Origin: Gekko japonicus | Taxonomy: Eukaryota | Assembly: GCF_001447785.1 (NCBI RefSeq) | Contig: NW_015163761.1 | Span: forward strand, 1-64,000 | Direction of reading: 5' to 3' | Length of the DNA: 64,000 nt | In this document: positions 48,058 through 60,740 of the stretch, piece by piece | How positions within the stretch are numbered: position 1 is the first letter of the stretch | Layout of the letters: every line of letters begins with the position of its first letter | Notes under the pieces: generated by a model | The model's input: only the letters and a program-made list of their open reading frames with translations | What the model was told of the DNA's origin: nothing | Database searches by the model: none | Program-made: the position numbers and the translations under genes

Positions 48058-48455
48058 CAGGGCTATTTTTGGGCAGGAACGCACAGGAACGGAGTTCCGG
48101 CTGGCTCCCAAGTTGGCCACGCCCAGCAGGAACTCATTAGCATAATAGGTCACACCCAACAGCAGGGACTCATTAGGATTGGCTACATTAGGGGTGTGTG
48201 GCCTAACATGCAAAGGAGTTCCTGCTACAAAAAAAAGCCCTGGGTTTGGACAACAAACAAGGTAAACAGAATAAGAAGCAAAAGGTGGGTGTGGCTGGAT
48301 GGACACACTTCTGGTAACATGGGGGGTGCGGCCTAATATATCAATGAGCTGTGCTGTCAGGGGTGTGGCCTAATATGCTAATGAGTTTCTGCTGTTGGGT
48401 GTGGCCTATTATGCTAAAGAGTTCCTGCTGGTCTTTTTCTACCAAAAAAGCCCTG
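48058..48455 (-). mobile_element. OCT/KLF-repeat hAT MITE, full length, inside a 5S-derived SINE
   Basis: TIRs and TSD GGGGTCGC (48050-48057 / 48456-48463). Confidence 0.92.
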
Positions 48456-48737
48456 GGGGTCGCCATAAGTCGGTTGCAACTGGATGCCACACACATAATG
48501 TTTTATTAAATATGGGCATTTGTATGGTCTTCCAGCTTGGGGGAAACAAGAGTTCCAAAAGGTAACTACAAAAACTGTGTTTGTGGAGTGGGGTGGGAGG
48601 CTAATAGCCTAGCGTGCAAACATACTGCGGTCCCAATCTAAATTGAATCTTCCTTCCTTTGGCTGCTGGGTATGGTGTTTAAAAAGAACAGGAGAGCTCT
48701 TCATAGATCTCCAGTTTCTGCGTCTAGTTTTGCACTT

Positions 48738-48843
48738 GTTTTTTTGGTTTCAGTTGGGGTTTTTTGGTTTCAGATGGGTTTTTTTGGTTTCAGGGGCTTT
48801 TTTGGTTTCAGTTGGGTTTTTTTGGTTTCAGTTGGGTTTTTTT
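48738..48843. repeat. ~19-20-bp minisatellite (TTTTTGGTTTCAG.TGGG)n
   Basis: About five units visible. Confidence 0.85.
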
Positions 48844-49474
48844 ATACCGCACTTTTCACTAGTCTCAGGGTGGCTTACAATCGCCTTCCCTTCCTCTCCC
48901 CACCACAGGCACCTTGTGAGGTAGGTAGGTCTGAGAGAGCTCTCAGAGAACTGTGGCCGACCCAAGGTCACCCAGCTGGCTGCACGTGGAGGAGTGGGGA
49001 ACCCGAACCCGGTTCTTCAGGTCAGAGTCCGCCGCTCTTAACCACCACAGTATGCTGGCTCTCACTTGAAGAAAAGCCATGTGCATCATCTGACCCCGGC
49101 AGTCTTTTCTCCTAACTGACCTTCATCTGAGACAGGAAAAAACACCCACTGTATTTCAGCACTCAGGTTACAAACGTGCCAAGGACACAGTCTGGGCACC
49201 AGGATGAGACGGTGGCCGAAGGGTTGGTATCGCAGCCCGACGTCTTGAATCAAGATATCAGGGACTTTGAAAACGCTTCATCTAGAACCGTAGACTTAAT
49301 TCCTGTGTACCGAGAATCATGTTGCCGTTCCTGTATGCTGTGAGCCCCAGTGCTTTGCTAACTTGAGTGCCGTTCGTTTTTGTAGCCAATTAAAAAAATC
49401 TCCGTTTATGACAAAACTTTCCAGGGATCATCCTCCTCCTTTCTTTTTAAACAATTTACACGTATACATCAACA

Positions 49475-49960
49475 ATATTTATTTACTTATTTTATTTACA
49501 TTTCTATCCCGCCCTCCCCGGAGGCTCAGGGCGGCTAACAAGGCGTATCGCCGAATAAAACAGTAAAACAGTACAAAATGTTAAAAATACATCACCATTA
49601 ATAAACAATTTTGGTGCTCCTCTGAACCAATCCCAAAATTACAATTTCTAAAAGCAAGATGGCCGTCCCCTAAACGTCCCATTCTCACCCATGATGCAGC
49701 AGTTATGGGGCGTTGGTGGTACATGCCCACGTCCTGATGTCCATATACAGAAATTACGGGGCGTTGATGGTACACTGGTGCATTGGTGGTACACTGGTGG
49801 TGGCGGCTCCTATTCAAAAGCCTGGCGGAAGAGCTCCGTCTTGCAGACTCTGCAGAACTGTGCTAGGTCCCGCAGAGCCCTGATCTCCTCTGGGAGCTCA
49901 TTCCACCAGATAGGAGCCGCCACCGAAAACGCCCTATTCCTGGTCATGGTAAGTCTGATG
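49475..49960 (-). mobile_element. L2 LINE 3' end
   Basis: Minus-strand RAFSVAAPIWWNELPEEIR...FCRVCKTELFRQAF followed by a UTR and TAAA-type tail. Confidence 0.8.
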
Positions 49961-50295
49961 GACCGGGACAATACAAACAAGCCATTTACAAGAAGGGGGG
50001 GGGGGAATCCTATTTCTAGTAGGGTTGGTTGCCAGCTCTGGGTTGGGATATTCCTGGACATTTGTGAGCGGCACCTAGGGATGGCACGGTTTGAGGAGAA
50101 GAGGGACCTCACTGGTGCTCGATGCTGTAGTGCTCACCCTCCAAAGTATCCATCTCCTCCAAGGGAACGGATCTCTGTCGTTTGAAGGTCAGTTTTAATT
50201 CTGGCGGCTCTCCAGATTGCACCTGGAGGTTGGCAAATCCTAATTCCTCCCCCCTCCCAGCCAGCTCTGGTTTCCTATCACTACCTCTGGCTCAC

Positions 50296-50669
50296 CATTT
50301 CATAGAAAAAGAGGTGCAGGAGCTCATTAGCATACCTTATTTGCATACGCCACACCCCCTGACCTCACCGGAAGTGTGTCAGAAGGCAACACCCACTGGA
50401 CTGTTTTGGATTGCTAGCTATTGGGGGGGGGGACGTGCAGATCTGCCCTCGCAGAGGAGGGAGAGCTTGTACCTGAATAAAACTTGGTCTTAAAGGGGTC
50501 ACTGGACTGTTTTGGGCCGGGGGGGGGGCTCTGCAGCTTACCTGGCTGCTTCTTGCTCTGACTGAGGGCTGCTGGGAGCAGGGGGTGGGGCTTGTTGCAT
50601 GTGCCCACCCCCTGGGCTCTTTACTGCCGGAGCTCTGCTCCTGTGTGCTCCTGCAGGAAATGACCCCTG
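50296..50669 (+). mobile_element. hAT-type MITE, second subfamily (left TIR clipped)
   Basis: CATTTCATAGAAAAAGAG...CTCATTAGCATA...GCCACACCC...GAAATGACCCCTG. Shares its left part with 63326-63819 and its right part with 17230-17500. Confidence 0.75.
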
Positions 50670-51535
50670 CTCCTCTTCCTTTCTACACATCATGGCCGCC
50701 CCAAACAGGAGCAGTTTAGATTGGGGGGGGGGGGAGTTAGCAGGGAAGGGGTTGGTTCTCCCCAAACACCTTTTTATTTTAAAGAGTGTTCTGGGGTCAG
50801 AGTGACATTAAGGCCCTGACATATTTTGCAGTGATGGGAAGAGGCATTTTTCCTCACACTTCTGCTGTAAATAACACACTGATTATTATTTGTGGGGAGG
50901 AGGGCGGGGGGGGGGACCATTNNNNNNNNNNNNNNNNNNNNNNNCCTGCTCGATGGTTCTCCTTTCTTCCCCTTGCCCAAAGAAAACAGGAATCTCAGCT
51001 AAGAGCTTTCCCCCCTCTAAAACCGGAACCCATGCATAATGGCAGGAAGGGAGTGTATATACTTATTCTTTTTTGGAGGGAAATGAAGATCTTGACAGGA
51101 ATAACAACTCCTAGTGAGCAGCAAAAAAAACCCCTGGTTTTATTTAAATGTTCAGAATTGACTTCCTGTAAACAAGCTTCCTATTTATTTATTTACAACA
51201 TTTATATTGTGCTTTTCTGCCTAAACGGGGCTACCAAGGTGGCTAAAATCTGATTGGAAGTCAGATCTGGGAATCCTAAAGTTGTGAAGGGATGTGAAAT
51301 GGTATGGTACAGCATAGTTTCATCTACTCTGACAGACCGGCAGCAGCTCTCCGGCTGTCCAGGGTCTCAGGTGAAGGTGTTTCCCATCAACTCCTACTAG
51401 ATCCTTTCTGCTGGTTATACTAGGGATTGAAACTGGGACTTCCTGCATGCCAAGCGGATGCTGTGCCACTGAACCATAGCCCCTTCCTACTCTACGAAGT
51501 TGACATCTACTAATTTGATGTAGTGGTTAAGTGGT

Positions 51536-52882
51536 CATTTATAAATGACCTGGAGGAAGACATAGAGGGGATGCTTATCAAATTTGCAGATGACACAAAG
51601 TTAGTGGAATCGCTAATTCTGAAGAAGACAGAGTTAGGATTCAAATGATCTAGATAGGCTGAGACAAATAAAATGAATTTCAATAGAGAGAAGTGCAAAG
51701 CTTAGGTACAAAAAATCAAAGGCACAGCTATAGAATGGGAGGGACTTGGCTTGACAGCAGCACATGTGAAAGGGATCTAGGGTCCCGGTCACATGAGCGG
51801 GATACTGCGCCGCTGAAGGGAGGCAAATTAGAGCCGGAGCAAAAAGAACCGCAGTAGCGTGATCCGACACAACCCGTGGCTCCGTGCTCCAGCCTTTGGC
51901 AGGCGATCAGACATAGTGTGGCAACATGGATGTTGCACGTTTGTGTGCATGCGTGGGACAGGGAACGGCGCTGGCTGCGACAGGCTACCAGCGCTTCCTC
52001 GATCAGATGCCTGGAGTTGCCGCGCGTCATCTGGAAGGTAGTGCTCTGTTGCCAGTACCTTTTCAATGCATGTTTTTGGGCCGAAGGGACGGATCGGGGA
52101 CGGGTGCGTGACGCTTCCCAGATGTTGCGGTATGATCGCGCCCGTTTGATGTGCCCTCGACCTGTCCGTTTTGCAGGTCAAATCCTCCCGTGTGACTGGG
52201 GTCCAGGTGCTCTGATTGATCACAAGCTAAACATGAGCCTGCAGTGCGATGTGGCTGTGAAGAAAGCTAATGCAATCTTAGGATACATAACAGAAGCATA
52301 GTGTCCAGATCACGGGAGGTGGTAGTTCCACTCTATTCTGCTATGGTCAGGCCTCACCTGGAGTACGTCCAGTTTTGGGCACCACATTTTAGGAAGGATG
52401 TTAACAAGCTCGAGTGTGTCCACTCGAGGGCAACCAGGATGGTGAGAGGGATGGAATCCAAGTCTTATGAGGAAAGGCTGAAGGAGTTGGGTATGTTTAG
52501 CCTGGGAAAGAGAAGGCTTAGAGGGGACATGATTGCAGTCTTCAAGTATTTGAAGGGCTGTCATGTAGAAGATGGAGCAGATCTATTCTCTCTTGCTCCG
52601 GATTGCAAGACTAGATCTAATGGGTGGAAATTACAAGGGAGTCGTTACCGGCTAAATATCAGGAGAAACTTCCTAACTGTAAGAGTGGTTGAGTAGTGGA
52701 ACGGTCTGCCTCAGGAGGTGGTGGATGCTCCTTCGTTGGACGTTCTCAAGCGGAGGCTGGACGACCATCTTTCGGGTATGTTGTAGGTATATAGGGCTAT
52801 CTTTCGGCTATGCTCCTGCAGAGTGCAGGGGGTTGAACTAGATGACCTGCCAACTCTAACATTTTATGATTCTATTATTCTA
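51536..52882 (+). mobile_element. CR1 LINE (second subfamily), 5'-truncated, interrupted at 51781-52203
   Basis: FINDLEED.EGMLIKFADDTK, ORF 52301-52696 (PLYSAMVRPHLEY...) and an ATTCTAT-type tail. Confidence 0.9.
51781..52203. mobile_element. CpG-rich non-autonomous DNA transposon (PIF/Harbinger-like)
   Basis: Imperfect TIRs GGTCCCGGTCACA / TGTGACTGGGGTC. It cleanly interrupts the CR1 with an apparent 3-bp TAG/CAG duplication. Confidence 0.6.
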
Positions 52883-53140
52883 AGTGTGCGGACTCTAATC
52901 TGGGAGAACTGGGTTTGATTCCCCACTCCTCCACTTGCAGCTGCTGGATGACCTTGGGCAAGCCATAGTTCTGACAAGAGCTGTCCTTGAAAGGGCAGTT
53001 CTTAAAGAACTCTCTCAGCCCCGCCTACCTCACGGGGTATCTGTTGTGGGGAGGGGAAGGGAAAGGAGTTTGTAAACCGCTCTGAGACTCCAAGTGAAGG
53101 ACGGGGTATAAATCTAATCTCTTCTTTTCTTCTTCTTCTC
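52881..53140 (+). mobile_element. Squam3-like SINE
   Basis: Same consensus as other copies, with a (CTT)n tail. Confidence 0.8.
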
Positions 53141-53529
53141 TACTAATTCAGTCCTTTGACCTGTTGTGGTCAGTCTTGTCTACTCAGATCGGCAGCAGCT
53201 TTCTGGGGTCTCAGGTGGAGATCTTTCCCATCACCCACTACCTGATCCTTTCCACTGGAGATGCTGGGGATTTAATCTGAAACCTTCTCCTTGTAAAAAT
53301 GAATGTTCTACCGCTGAGCATATTAAGGGTTGGGGGAATATAAATTGAAGGGTTTAAAAGCCACGCCACTGAAGAACTTCAGGCCGTGATTTCGTTGTTG
53401 TCTGTTTTTTTACAGTGCTCAAAACCATACAAGCACAGAGGCCCTTCAGCACTAGCCTTTGGAGGCTAGATGATTCCAGTTTATGCTGGGAATAAGACCT
53501 CCTTCCTAAAGTGCCAAAAGGCACCTGTT

Positions 53530-53776
53530 TATTTTCTGCACGGCTGCCCCTCCGCAAGAGCAGCCGTTCTGCGCTTGCTTGCCGTGTTCCCAAAGGGGTT
53601 AAGTTGACAGAGCTCCGCTTCCTAGACAGGGCAGGAGAGAAATGAGGAAAAACGTTAATAACAGTGGAGGCTCTTTTCCTGTTGGGGGGGAAAGGAGGGG
53701 TTTGTTTTGAATGGCGTTTGGCTGCAGAGAGAGGAGGAGGAGGAGGAGGAAGAAGAAAAGAGCCTGGATTAAAGAG
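53530..53776 (+). promoter_or_regulatory. Probable promoter and non-coding first exon of gene D
   Basis: Homologous to 34466-34614, with a (GAG)n run and donor GAG|GTGAGA at 53776/53777. Confidence 0.5.
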
Positions 53777-53904
53777 GTGAGAGGGGAGGAGGCGGGGGCA
53801 GCTGTAAATGGTCTCAGGAAACTGGGGGGAGGCAAAACGACTCCCTACATCTCCTCCCCCTCCCCAAGACTCCGATCCCATTCAGAAAGTTCCTACTTTC
53901 CACC

Positions 53905-54390
53905 TAGGGTTGCCAACCTCCAGGTAGGGCCTGAAGATCTCACAGAATGACAACTAATCTCCAGGTGACAGAGTTCAGTTCCTTCCCCTGTCTGACATAG
54001 CATTGCCAACTACGGGTTTTGGAAGTACCTGGAGATTTGTGGGTGGAGCGTGGGAAAGGGGAGGGACCTTGGTAAGGTGTAATGCCCTACAGTTCATCTT
54101 CCAAATCAGTCATTATTCCAGGAGAAGTGGAAGAGATGTTTAAAGTAACTAAATAGGCGCTTTATGTAGTCTGGAGAGCAGTTGTGACTCTGGGAGATCT
54201 TCAGCCCCCACCTGGAGGATGGCAACCCTATCTGGAGGAAATGGCTGCTTTCGTGGAGGGTAGACTCTGTGGCATTATACCCTACTGTTGTCTCTGCCAT
54301 CCCCCCGACCCTGCCACCACCCTGCCCTCCCCAGGCTCCGCCCCCAAATCCCCAGGAATTCCCCAGCCTGGATTTGGCAGCCCAACCTAG
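53905..54390. mobile_element. Old non-autonomous DNA elements with TAGGGTTGCCAA termini (related pieces at 16365-16472, 33883-34095, 50020-50242, 57860-58073)
   Basis: Recurring TAGGGTTGCCAAC...TTGGCAACCCTA ends and shared internal motifs. Confidence 0.55.
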
Positions 54391-55318
54391 CAAAAAGAGG
54401 AAGAAGAGCAGCCCTTATTGGAGAGAGCTAATATCCTTGGCAACCTCTGGGTCTCTTCTCTATATCTGGAGTGTGTAAGAGATCCAGATGTCTTTTCTAT
54501 AGAATGGCTTGCTTCAGCCATCTGGACATGGAATGGCTGCTCCTGTTGCAAAAAGATAAATGAGTAATGGTTTTAAAGATGCTTACTGCTTCAAGATTAT
54601 TACAGTATTTACTCAAATACAACACTAGGATTTTCCCAGGTATACCATCAAAAAAAGAGGGGATTGCCTTAAATGTGTGTACAAGTTACAGTTATGTACA
54701 ATACAAAACAACTTTTTTTGTGTATACCATTTTTAGGGCAGATTGCCTTACATTCAGGGTTGTCTTCCTCTAGAGTACATCCTTTAGAGTGAAGTTATGG
54801 AACCATAAAATCTTTCCAGATAAGCAGAACTGGTTGGAAAAGATAAAAGGTATTTATAACACGTTATGGTTAACTTGCGAAGACCTCATGATGCCAATAA
54901 AAATATAAAGGGATCCACAGTGTGAAGAAGTAACTCCTCAAATGGATTTATGTAGAGTTGTTTCATAGAACTGTCATGTAGATTTATCTAGCAGAGACAA
55001 AGCTGGTGTTTTTGTAATGGAAAAGATGCAAAGGGAGGGTTTTTCCACCTTTTAACCAAAAAGTTGTTTTTTGAGAATGTGTACTACAAATTAAATGTGT
55101 TAGAATGTGAAATCACACATCTACAGAAGAGGCACAGAATACAAAGGAAATTGTCCTGTAAAATATATATATATGACAACTTCCAGACCTGAGGGTCACT
55201 GTTTTAAATTGTCTGGCTTCCCCCCCTATTTTTTTGATAAAGGGTAACCATGTTTGTTTAGAGCAAATGTTCTGTGCTGTGGAAACTCATATCTTTGTGG
55301 GATTACCCAGGGGTGAAA

Positions 55319-56041
55319 ATGGAGGAACAAGACCCCCTAAAATGCACCTTCAGGAAGAGGTCAGAAAAATCTCACATCCTCCAGGCAGCGTATGTCAAAG
55401 ATCTCCTGCAAAGGAGAACAGGAGAACACATTAAACAGGAGCCCAGTGAGGGCTCCCTTCAGCGGTGGGAAGTCCAGTGGCAGGAGTTCCTCAGGACAGT
55501 GGACTCTCCTCAGTCTCAATGGACGGTCCCACACTTGCCAGAGAAAGCTTCGCCCTGGGAGGATGCCAAGGGCTTTCTGACCTCCTTTGAGCAAGTGGCC
55601 GAAGCCTGTCGGTGGCCCCAGGAAGAGTGGGCGACCCGACTCCTACCAGCCCTCAGTGGAGAAGCCCAGCAGGCCTTTATCAGTTTGGGGGCCAGGGACA
55701 GAGAGGATTATGGGAAAGTGAAGGCAGCCATTTTGCGAAGGGACGCCATCAGCAGGGAGAAGATTCGCCAACACTTTAGGCACTTTTGCTACCAGGAGTC
55801 AGACGGGCCAAGAGGAACATACCGCCGGCTCCAGGAACTTTGCTGTCAGTGGCTAAGAGCGGAGAATCACAGCAAGGAGGAGATCCAGGAGCTCTTGATC
55901 CTAGAACAGCTGCTGAGCGTCCTGCCCCCGGAGATCCAGAGCCGTGTGAGGGAGAGCGGCCCCGAGAGCTGCTCCCAGGCGGTGGCCCTGGCCGAGGAGC
56001 TCCTCTTGAGGCAGAGAGAGGCCAAGAGACAGGAGCAGCAG
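55319..56041 (+). CDS. Gene D, extended-SCAN exon (complete)
   Basis: (VK)MEEQDP...HIKQEP...[15 protein letters not shown]..., SCAN box and donor CAG|GTGAGG (phase 0). Confidence 0.9.
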
Positions 56042-57249
56042 GTGAGGCTAATTCATTGTGTTGTCTCTATACAGTGACAGGGCCTAATGATGTGATGTAG
56101 AGGGCCAGAGTGCTGGGTTTTGCCTGGAAAGGTCTAGATCCTCACAGTTACCCCCCTTAACACTGTGTGGGTCAGTTGTATGTGAGCCAGGATGACTCAG
56201 GATTTTTAGGGGGGGGAAATGCCCCCCTATGGAAGATCCTCATAAATTCTGTTATTTCCAAATTTAGATCTGAGCTCTCCCTCCTAGAATGGGTTTATTT
56301 ATTTATTTATTTATTTAAGGCACTTTTATGCCACCTTTCTACCCAATCAGGTCCACCAGGTGGCGAACATAAAAACATACGAGCAATTAAAAATACAGTC
56401 ACAGTTATAAAATAATTCCATTAGAGCACATACCTTTAGAGAACGGTAATGCCAATGGTTGAGTGGGGCCTGAAAAATGTCCCACAAGGGAAGGTTGAAG
56501 GAATTGGGTATGTTTAGCCTGAAAAAAAGAAGACCAAGGGAGGCAGGATCACACCTTTCAAATACCCAAAGAGCTGTCCTGTGGAAGAGGGTAAAGATCT
56601 GTTTTGTGCGGCTGCCCTAGAAGGGGGGGGGGGGGGGGGACTAGATTGAACAGATTTAAGCTACAGTAGAGCAGATTTCAGTTGAGCCTCAGGGGATCTT
56701 TTTAACACTAAGAGTGGTCTGACAATCAAATTAGTTACGGGGTGGGGTGGGGCCTGTCCCTTGGGGAAGGTCTTCATGCAGAGGTATGGTGTATGATGCT
56801 AGGGATGATGTCACTCAGAGCTTGACAAATCCCAGGCTCCGGGACACCATGGCGCCTAGAAACTTCACCTAGTATTTTTACCAACAGTTTTATTATACAA
56901 TCTCTCAGTGAGAAGTACAAAGCTTATTTATTGTTTCACATCAGACTAGGTTTTCTTATATGGTATAAAAATACATGTGCATGAAAGTTCTTGTCATTGC
57001 TTTCTTTAATTTAATTTATTTATTTATTTGATTTTTATCCCACCCTCCCGGCCTGGGCCGGCTCAGGGCGGCTTACAAACAGAGTAAAATTCCAACAATA
57101 CAGTCACATAAATCAATAAATACAATATTAAAACTCGGACATAATAAAGCGCTAGCAACAGTCCTCATTTAATGGTCAGCTCTTCGGTCTTCCTCAACTG
57201 TCTCGGGTGACTGGCTCCTCCCTTTAGTGTGGCGGATGGAGTCATTTCC

Positions 57250-57518
57250 TTGTTGTTGTTCAGTCGCACAGTCGAGTCCGACTCTTCGCGACCCCATGGA
57301 TCATCTCCCGCCAGGCCCTCCTGTCTTCCGCCGTCCTCTGAAGTTGGCTCAACTTCATGTTTGTTGCATCTATGACACTGTCTAACCATCTCATCCTTTG
57401 CCGTCCCCGTCTTCTTTGACCTTCAATCTTTCCCAGGATCAGGGTCTTCTCCAGTGAGTGCTCCCTTCTCATTTGGAGGCCAAAGTGTTTGAGCTTCAGT
57501 TTCATTATCTGGCCTTCT
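57250..57518 (-). mobile_element. RTE/BovB LINE 3' end
   Basis: KLKLKHFG..MRREHSLEKTLILGKIEGQRRRGRQRMRWLD...HGVAKSRTRL and a (CAA)n tail. Confidence 0.9.
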
Positions 57519-58239
57519 TTCTATACTGGCTCAGATATTTAATGACAAGGAACTTTTCAAACAATAATGGAATTATGAGAAATCGAGGAGGGTTTAAGCT
57601 AGGCTTAGAAGTTAGCTCTTAGTTGTGGGGACGACAACCAGGGCTGTCCTTATATTTGTTTATATACTATGACATTTGCGTCATAGTTTTAGTAAAATTA
57701 TGGGAAACCGTGAAGAGGTTAGGATTAGGAAACAGGGCAATTAATACACAAAACACTGAAGACTGAAAATAAGTGTCCTACATTTTGGGCCCAGCTCCTA
57801 AAGTCACAGAAAATTTGTCAAGGCCTGCTTTAGCTTTGGATTTCCTGTGGCGATTGGGGGGTTGGATCGGGATGCCAACATCCAGGTGGGACCTGGGGAT
57901 CCCCTGGAATTACACCTTGTCTCCAGGCTGCAGAGAGCAGTCCCCTTGGAGCAAATGGATGCTTTGGAGGGTGGGCTGTGTGCGGCATTGTATCCTGCTG
58001 AGGTCCCTGTCCTCCCCACATCCCACCCACCCCAAATCTCCGGGAGTTTCTCAAGCTGGATCTGGCAACTCTACCTTTCCCACCCCCTGCCAGTGGCAAC
58101 ACGAGAGTTGGGCCAGATGGGACTTCTGCAACCCTTTCCAGGATTCATCCATAGCAATTGAGTCGCTCAGCTCGGGGGGGGGGCAGAGCCCTTCCCTCTG
58201 CCACAGATGCCCTGAGTAGGACCCTCTCTGCCATTTCAG

Positions 58240-58360
58240 GTGCCCTTGGAGGAGGCATCTGTGAGTGTCTCTGAGGCAGGCCAGGATCCGTCTGAGAATG
58301 GGCAGAGGCAATTCTGCGTGGAAGCCGAGCGGGAAGATGATGTGAATAGAAGCCTGCTGG
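58240..58360 (+). CDS. Gene D, 121-nt exon (decayed KRAB-A-like)
   Basis: TTTCAG|GTG...CTGG|GTAAGC. Encodes VPLEEASVSVSEAGQDPSENGQRQFCVEAEREDDVNRSLL(G). Confidence 0.87.
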
Positions 58361-58460
58361 GTAAGCGTGGTCCTTCTGGGAGCGGCTCAGCCGTGCCTCT
58401 GTCTTTCCCTTTCGGGAGCCTTTCTACACTTAGACTCTGTGGTCTACCTATACTGTGTAT

Positions 58461-58826
58461 CAGAGCTTTTTTTGAAGAAAAAGCCCAGCAGGAACTCATT
58501 AGCATAACAGGCCACACCCAACAGCAGACATCCACTATCCTATTAGGCCACACCCCTGACAGCGCAGCTCATTAACTTATTAGGCCACACCCCCGTGCCT
58601 TCCCTTGGCTTGCCCGGGCACCCCGCAGCCCTTGGACAGGCCAGCTTAATTGCCTCCCCGATCCTTCCAGGCCCCCCCTGGCCCGCCCGCCTCGGAGTCA
58701 CTGGGGGGGGGGGGGCGCTCTCCAGGCCTTCCCTCTGTTAGCCACGCATGCACAGGTTTTGGCTGTAGGGGGCGTGGCCAACTCTCAAGCCAGCTGGAAC
58801 TCCGTTCCTGCCCAAAAATAGCCCTG
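58461..58826 (+). mobile_element. OCT/KLF-repeat hAT MITE with a different, GC-rich interior
   Basis: Same ends as 3000-3396 and TSD CTGTGTAT (58453-58460 / 58827-58834). Confidence 0.88.
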
Positions 58827-59059
58827 CTGTGTATAGCTTGCTGAAACTAGGAGCCTGCTCGGGAATTTTTGCATGGTTTCATGTGTCGTGTTCATATTTG
58901 TGCTTTGCTTCCATTCTGGGATGGGGGTTTTTTTGTTTGTTTTTTTTTTTGAATTCTGGTTGGTTTTTGCAACCCTAATCCTATTGCATTGTTTATTGAA
59001 CCTCCCATCCTGACATGTGTATTGACACTGTATCATCCGCCTTGAGTCCAAGTGAGAAA

Positions 59060-59486
59060 GGTGGTCCAACTCTTTTGTTACTTTTTCGGCTCTGGCTGCA
59101 ACCTGATGGAACACTCTCCCTACCGAGATCCAGGCCCTGGGGGACTTGGTGCAGTTCCGCCAGGGCCTGTAAAACGGAGAGGTTCCGCCAGGCCTATGGC
59201 TGAGGCGGCAGAGATCCGCTTACACTGGCCTCCCCCTCTACTGTGTTCATCTGTTTTGCTTCCATCTGCAACGTCTTCTGTCTGCTGTTCCCCCTCAGTA
59301 ATACTCACCGTCCGTCTGCAACCATACAGGGAATCTACACGGGAGCAGGTGAAGACAGAGCCGGCTGGGTCGAATGGTGCCGTGAATTGTTACTATTGAT
59401 TTGAATTGCCTCCTGTGATTGGATTTTATAACTGCCATTTTCTATATTGAATTGTGTATCGATTTGCTGTTGTGTCCCACCCTGAA
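59060..59486 (+). mobile_element. L2 LINE 3' end, degenerate
   Basis: Homologous to 49475-49960 (...CKTERFRQAYG) and continuing into an L2-type UTR. Confidence 0.6.
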
Positions 59487-59835
59487 GGAGCTGCAGTGGC
59501 TCAAGTGGTTAAGACGCTGAACTGCAGGCTGTGGAAGGTTGGTAGTTCAGCAGTTCGAGACCCGAGTGCTGCATGACGGAGTGAGCTCCCGTCTCTAGTT
59601 CCAGCGCCTGCCAACCTAGCAGTTTGAAAGGAAGAAATTGCAAGTAGATAAATAGGGACCACTTCGGTGGGAAGGTAACAGCGTTCCGTGCGCCTCGGTG
59701 TTTAGTCATGCCGGCCACATGACCACGGAAACGTCTTCGGACAGCGCTGGCTCTTCGGCTTTGAACCGGAGATGAGGACCGCAACCCTAGAGTCGGATTC
59801 GACTGGCTTTCGAGCAAGGGAACCTTTACCTTTTA
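59487..59835 (+). mobile_element. Sauria SINE with ~10-bp TSD
   Basis: Full consensus, with CCCACCCTGA on both sides. Confidence 0.9.
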
Positions 59836-60271
59836 CCCACCCTGAGCCGGCTTGTGGGGGGAGGGAGAGCTAAAAGCCCAGTAAAACAGAGATGTTCCAC
59901 GAGGCCTATGACTGAGGCCGTGGCAACTCATCTATAATGGCCTGCCCTCCACTATCCCGTCATGACTGATTTTCTCACCCACCCATTTGCTCTGTATTGT
60001 TCCATCTACGGCTACCCACAATCCCAATCTCTTGGGATGTCAGTCATGTCGCAGACGCCACCAGATATTTTAGCAGCGTTGAGGATTCGTTAATTAATAA
60101 TTTTGTAGATTTAAAAGGTTATACGATATTTTAATTATGTGGTAAGTTTTAACCATGTTGTAACCCGCCCTGAGCCTGCTTGCGGGGGAGGGCAGGCTAA
60201 AAATTGAACATACAAATAGATAAACAAATAATGTACATAAACAAATAAAGGGCCAAAATTCACCTCTAAAA

Positions 60272-60592
60272 TGAACATAAGAATGTAAGAAGAGCCCTGC
60301 TTGATCAGACCAGTGGTCCATCTAGTCCAGCCTCCTGCCTCACACAGTGGCCAACCAGTTCCTCTGGAGGGCCAACAACAGGGCAGAGAGGCTGAGGCCT
60401 TCCCCTGAGGTTGCCTCCTGGCTCCTAGATTCAGAGGATTAGTGCCTCTGAATGGGGAGGCTCCCCTCAGTCTCCTTGGCTAGTAGCCACTGAGAGACTT
60501 ACCCTCCATGAATCTTTCTAATCCCTCTTCTTGTGGCCATCACTACATCCTCTGGCAGCAAGTTCCACATTTTAATCACTCTCTGAGTAAAG
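60272..60592 (-). mobile_element. CR1 3' end
   Basis: Minus-strand FFTQRVIKMWNLLPEDVVMAT plus UTR and TTCTTATG tail. Confidence 0.8.
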
Positions 60593-60740
60593 AAATGGCC
60601 ACTGGTTGACTTGTGGATGCCGTGACATCTTGTTTGGTCCACATGTGCTAGCTGGGCTTGCAGACGTGTCCCCTCCAGAAGCACTTTTCGCCTAACCCGA
60701 ACCTTGTCCTTTCTTTCTCTTCTCTCCGTCTTCCCCAAAG

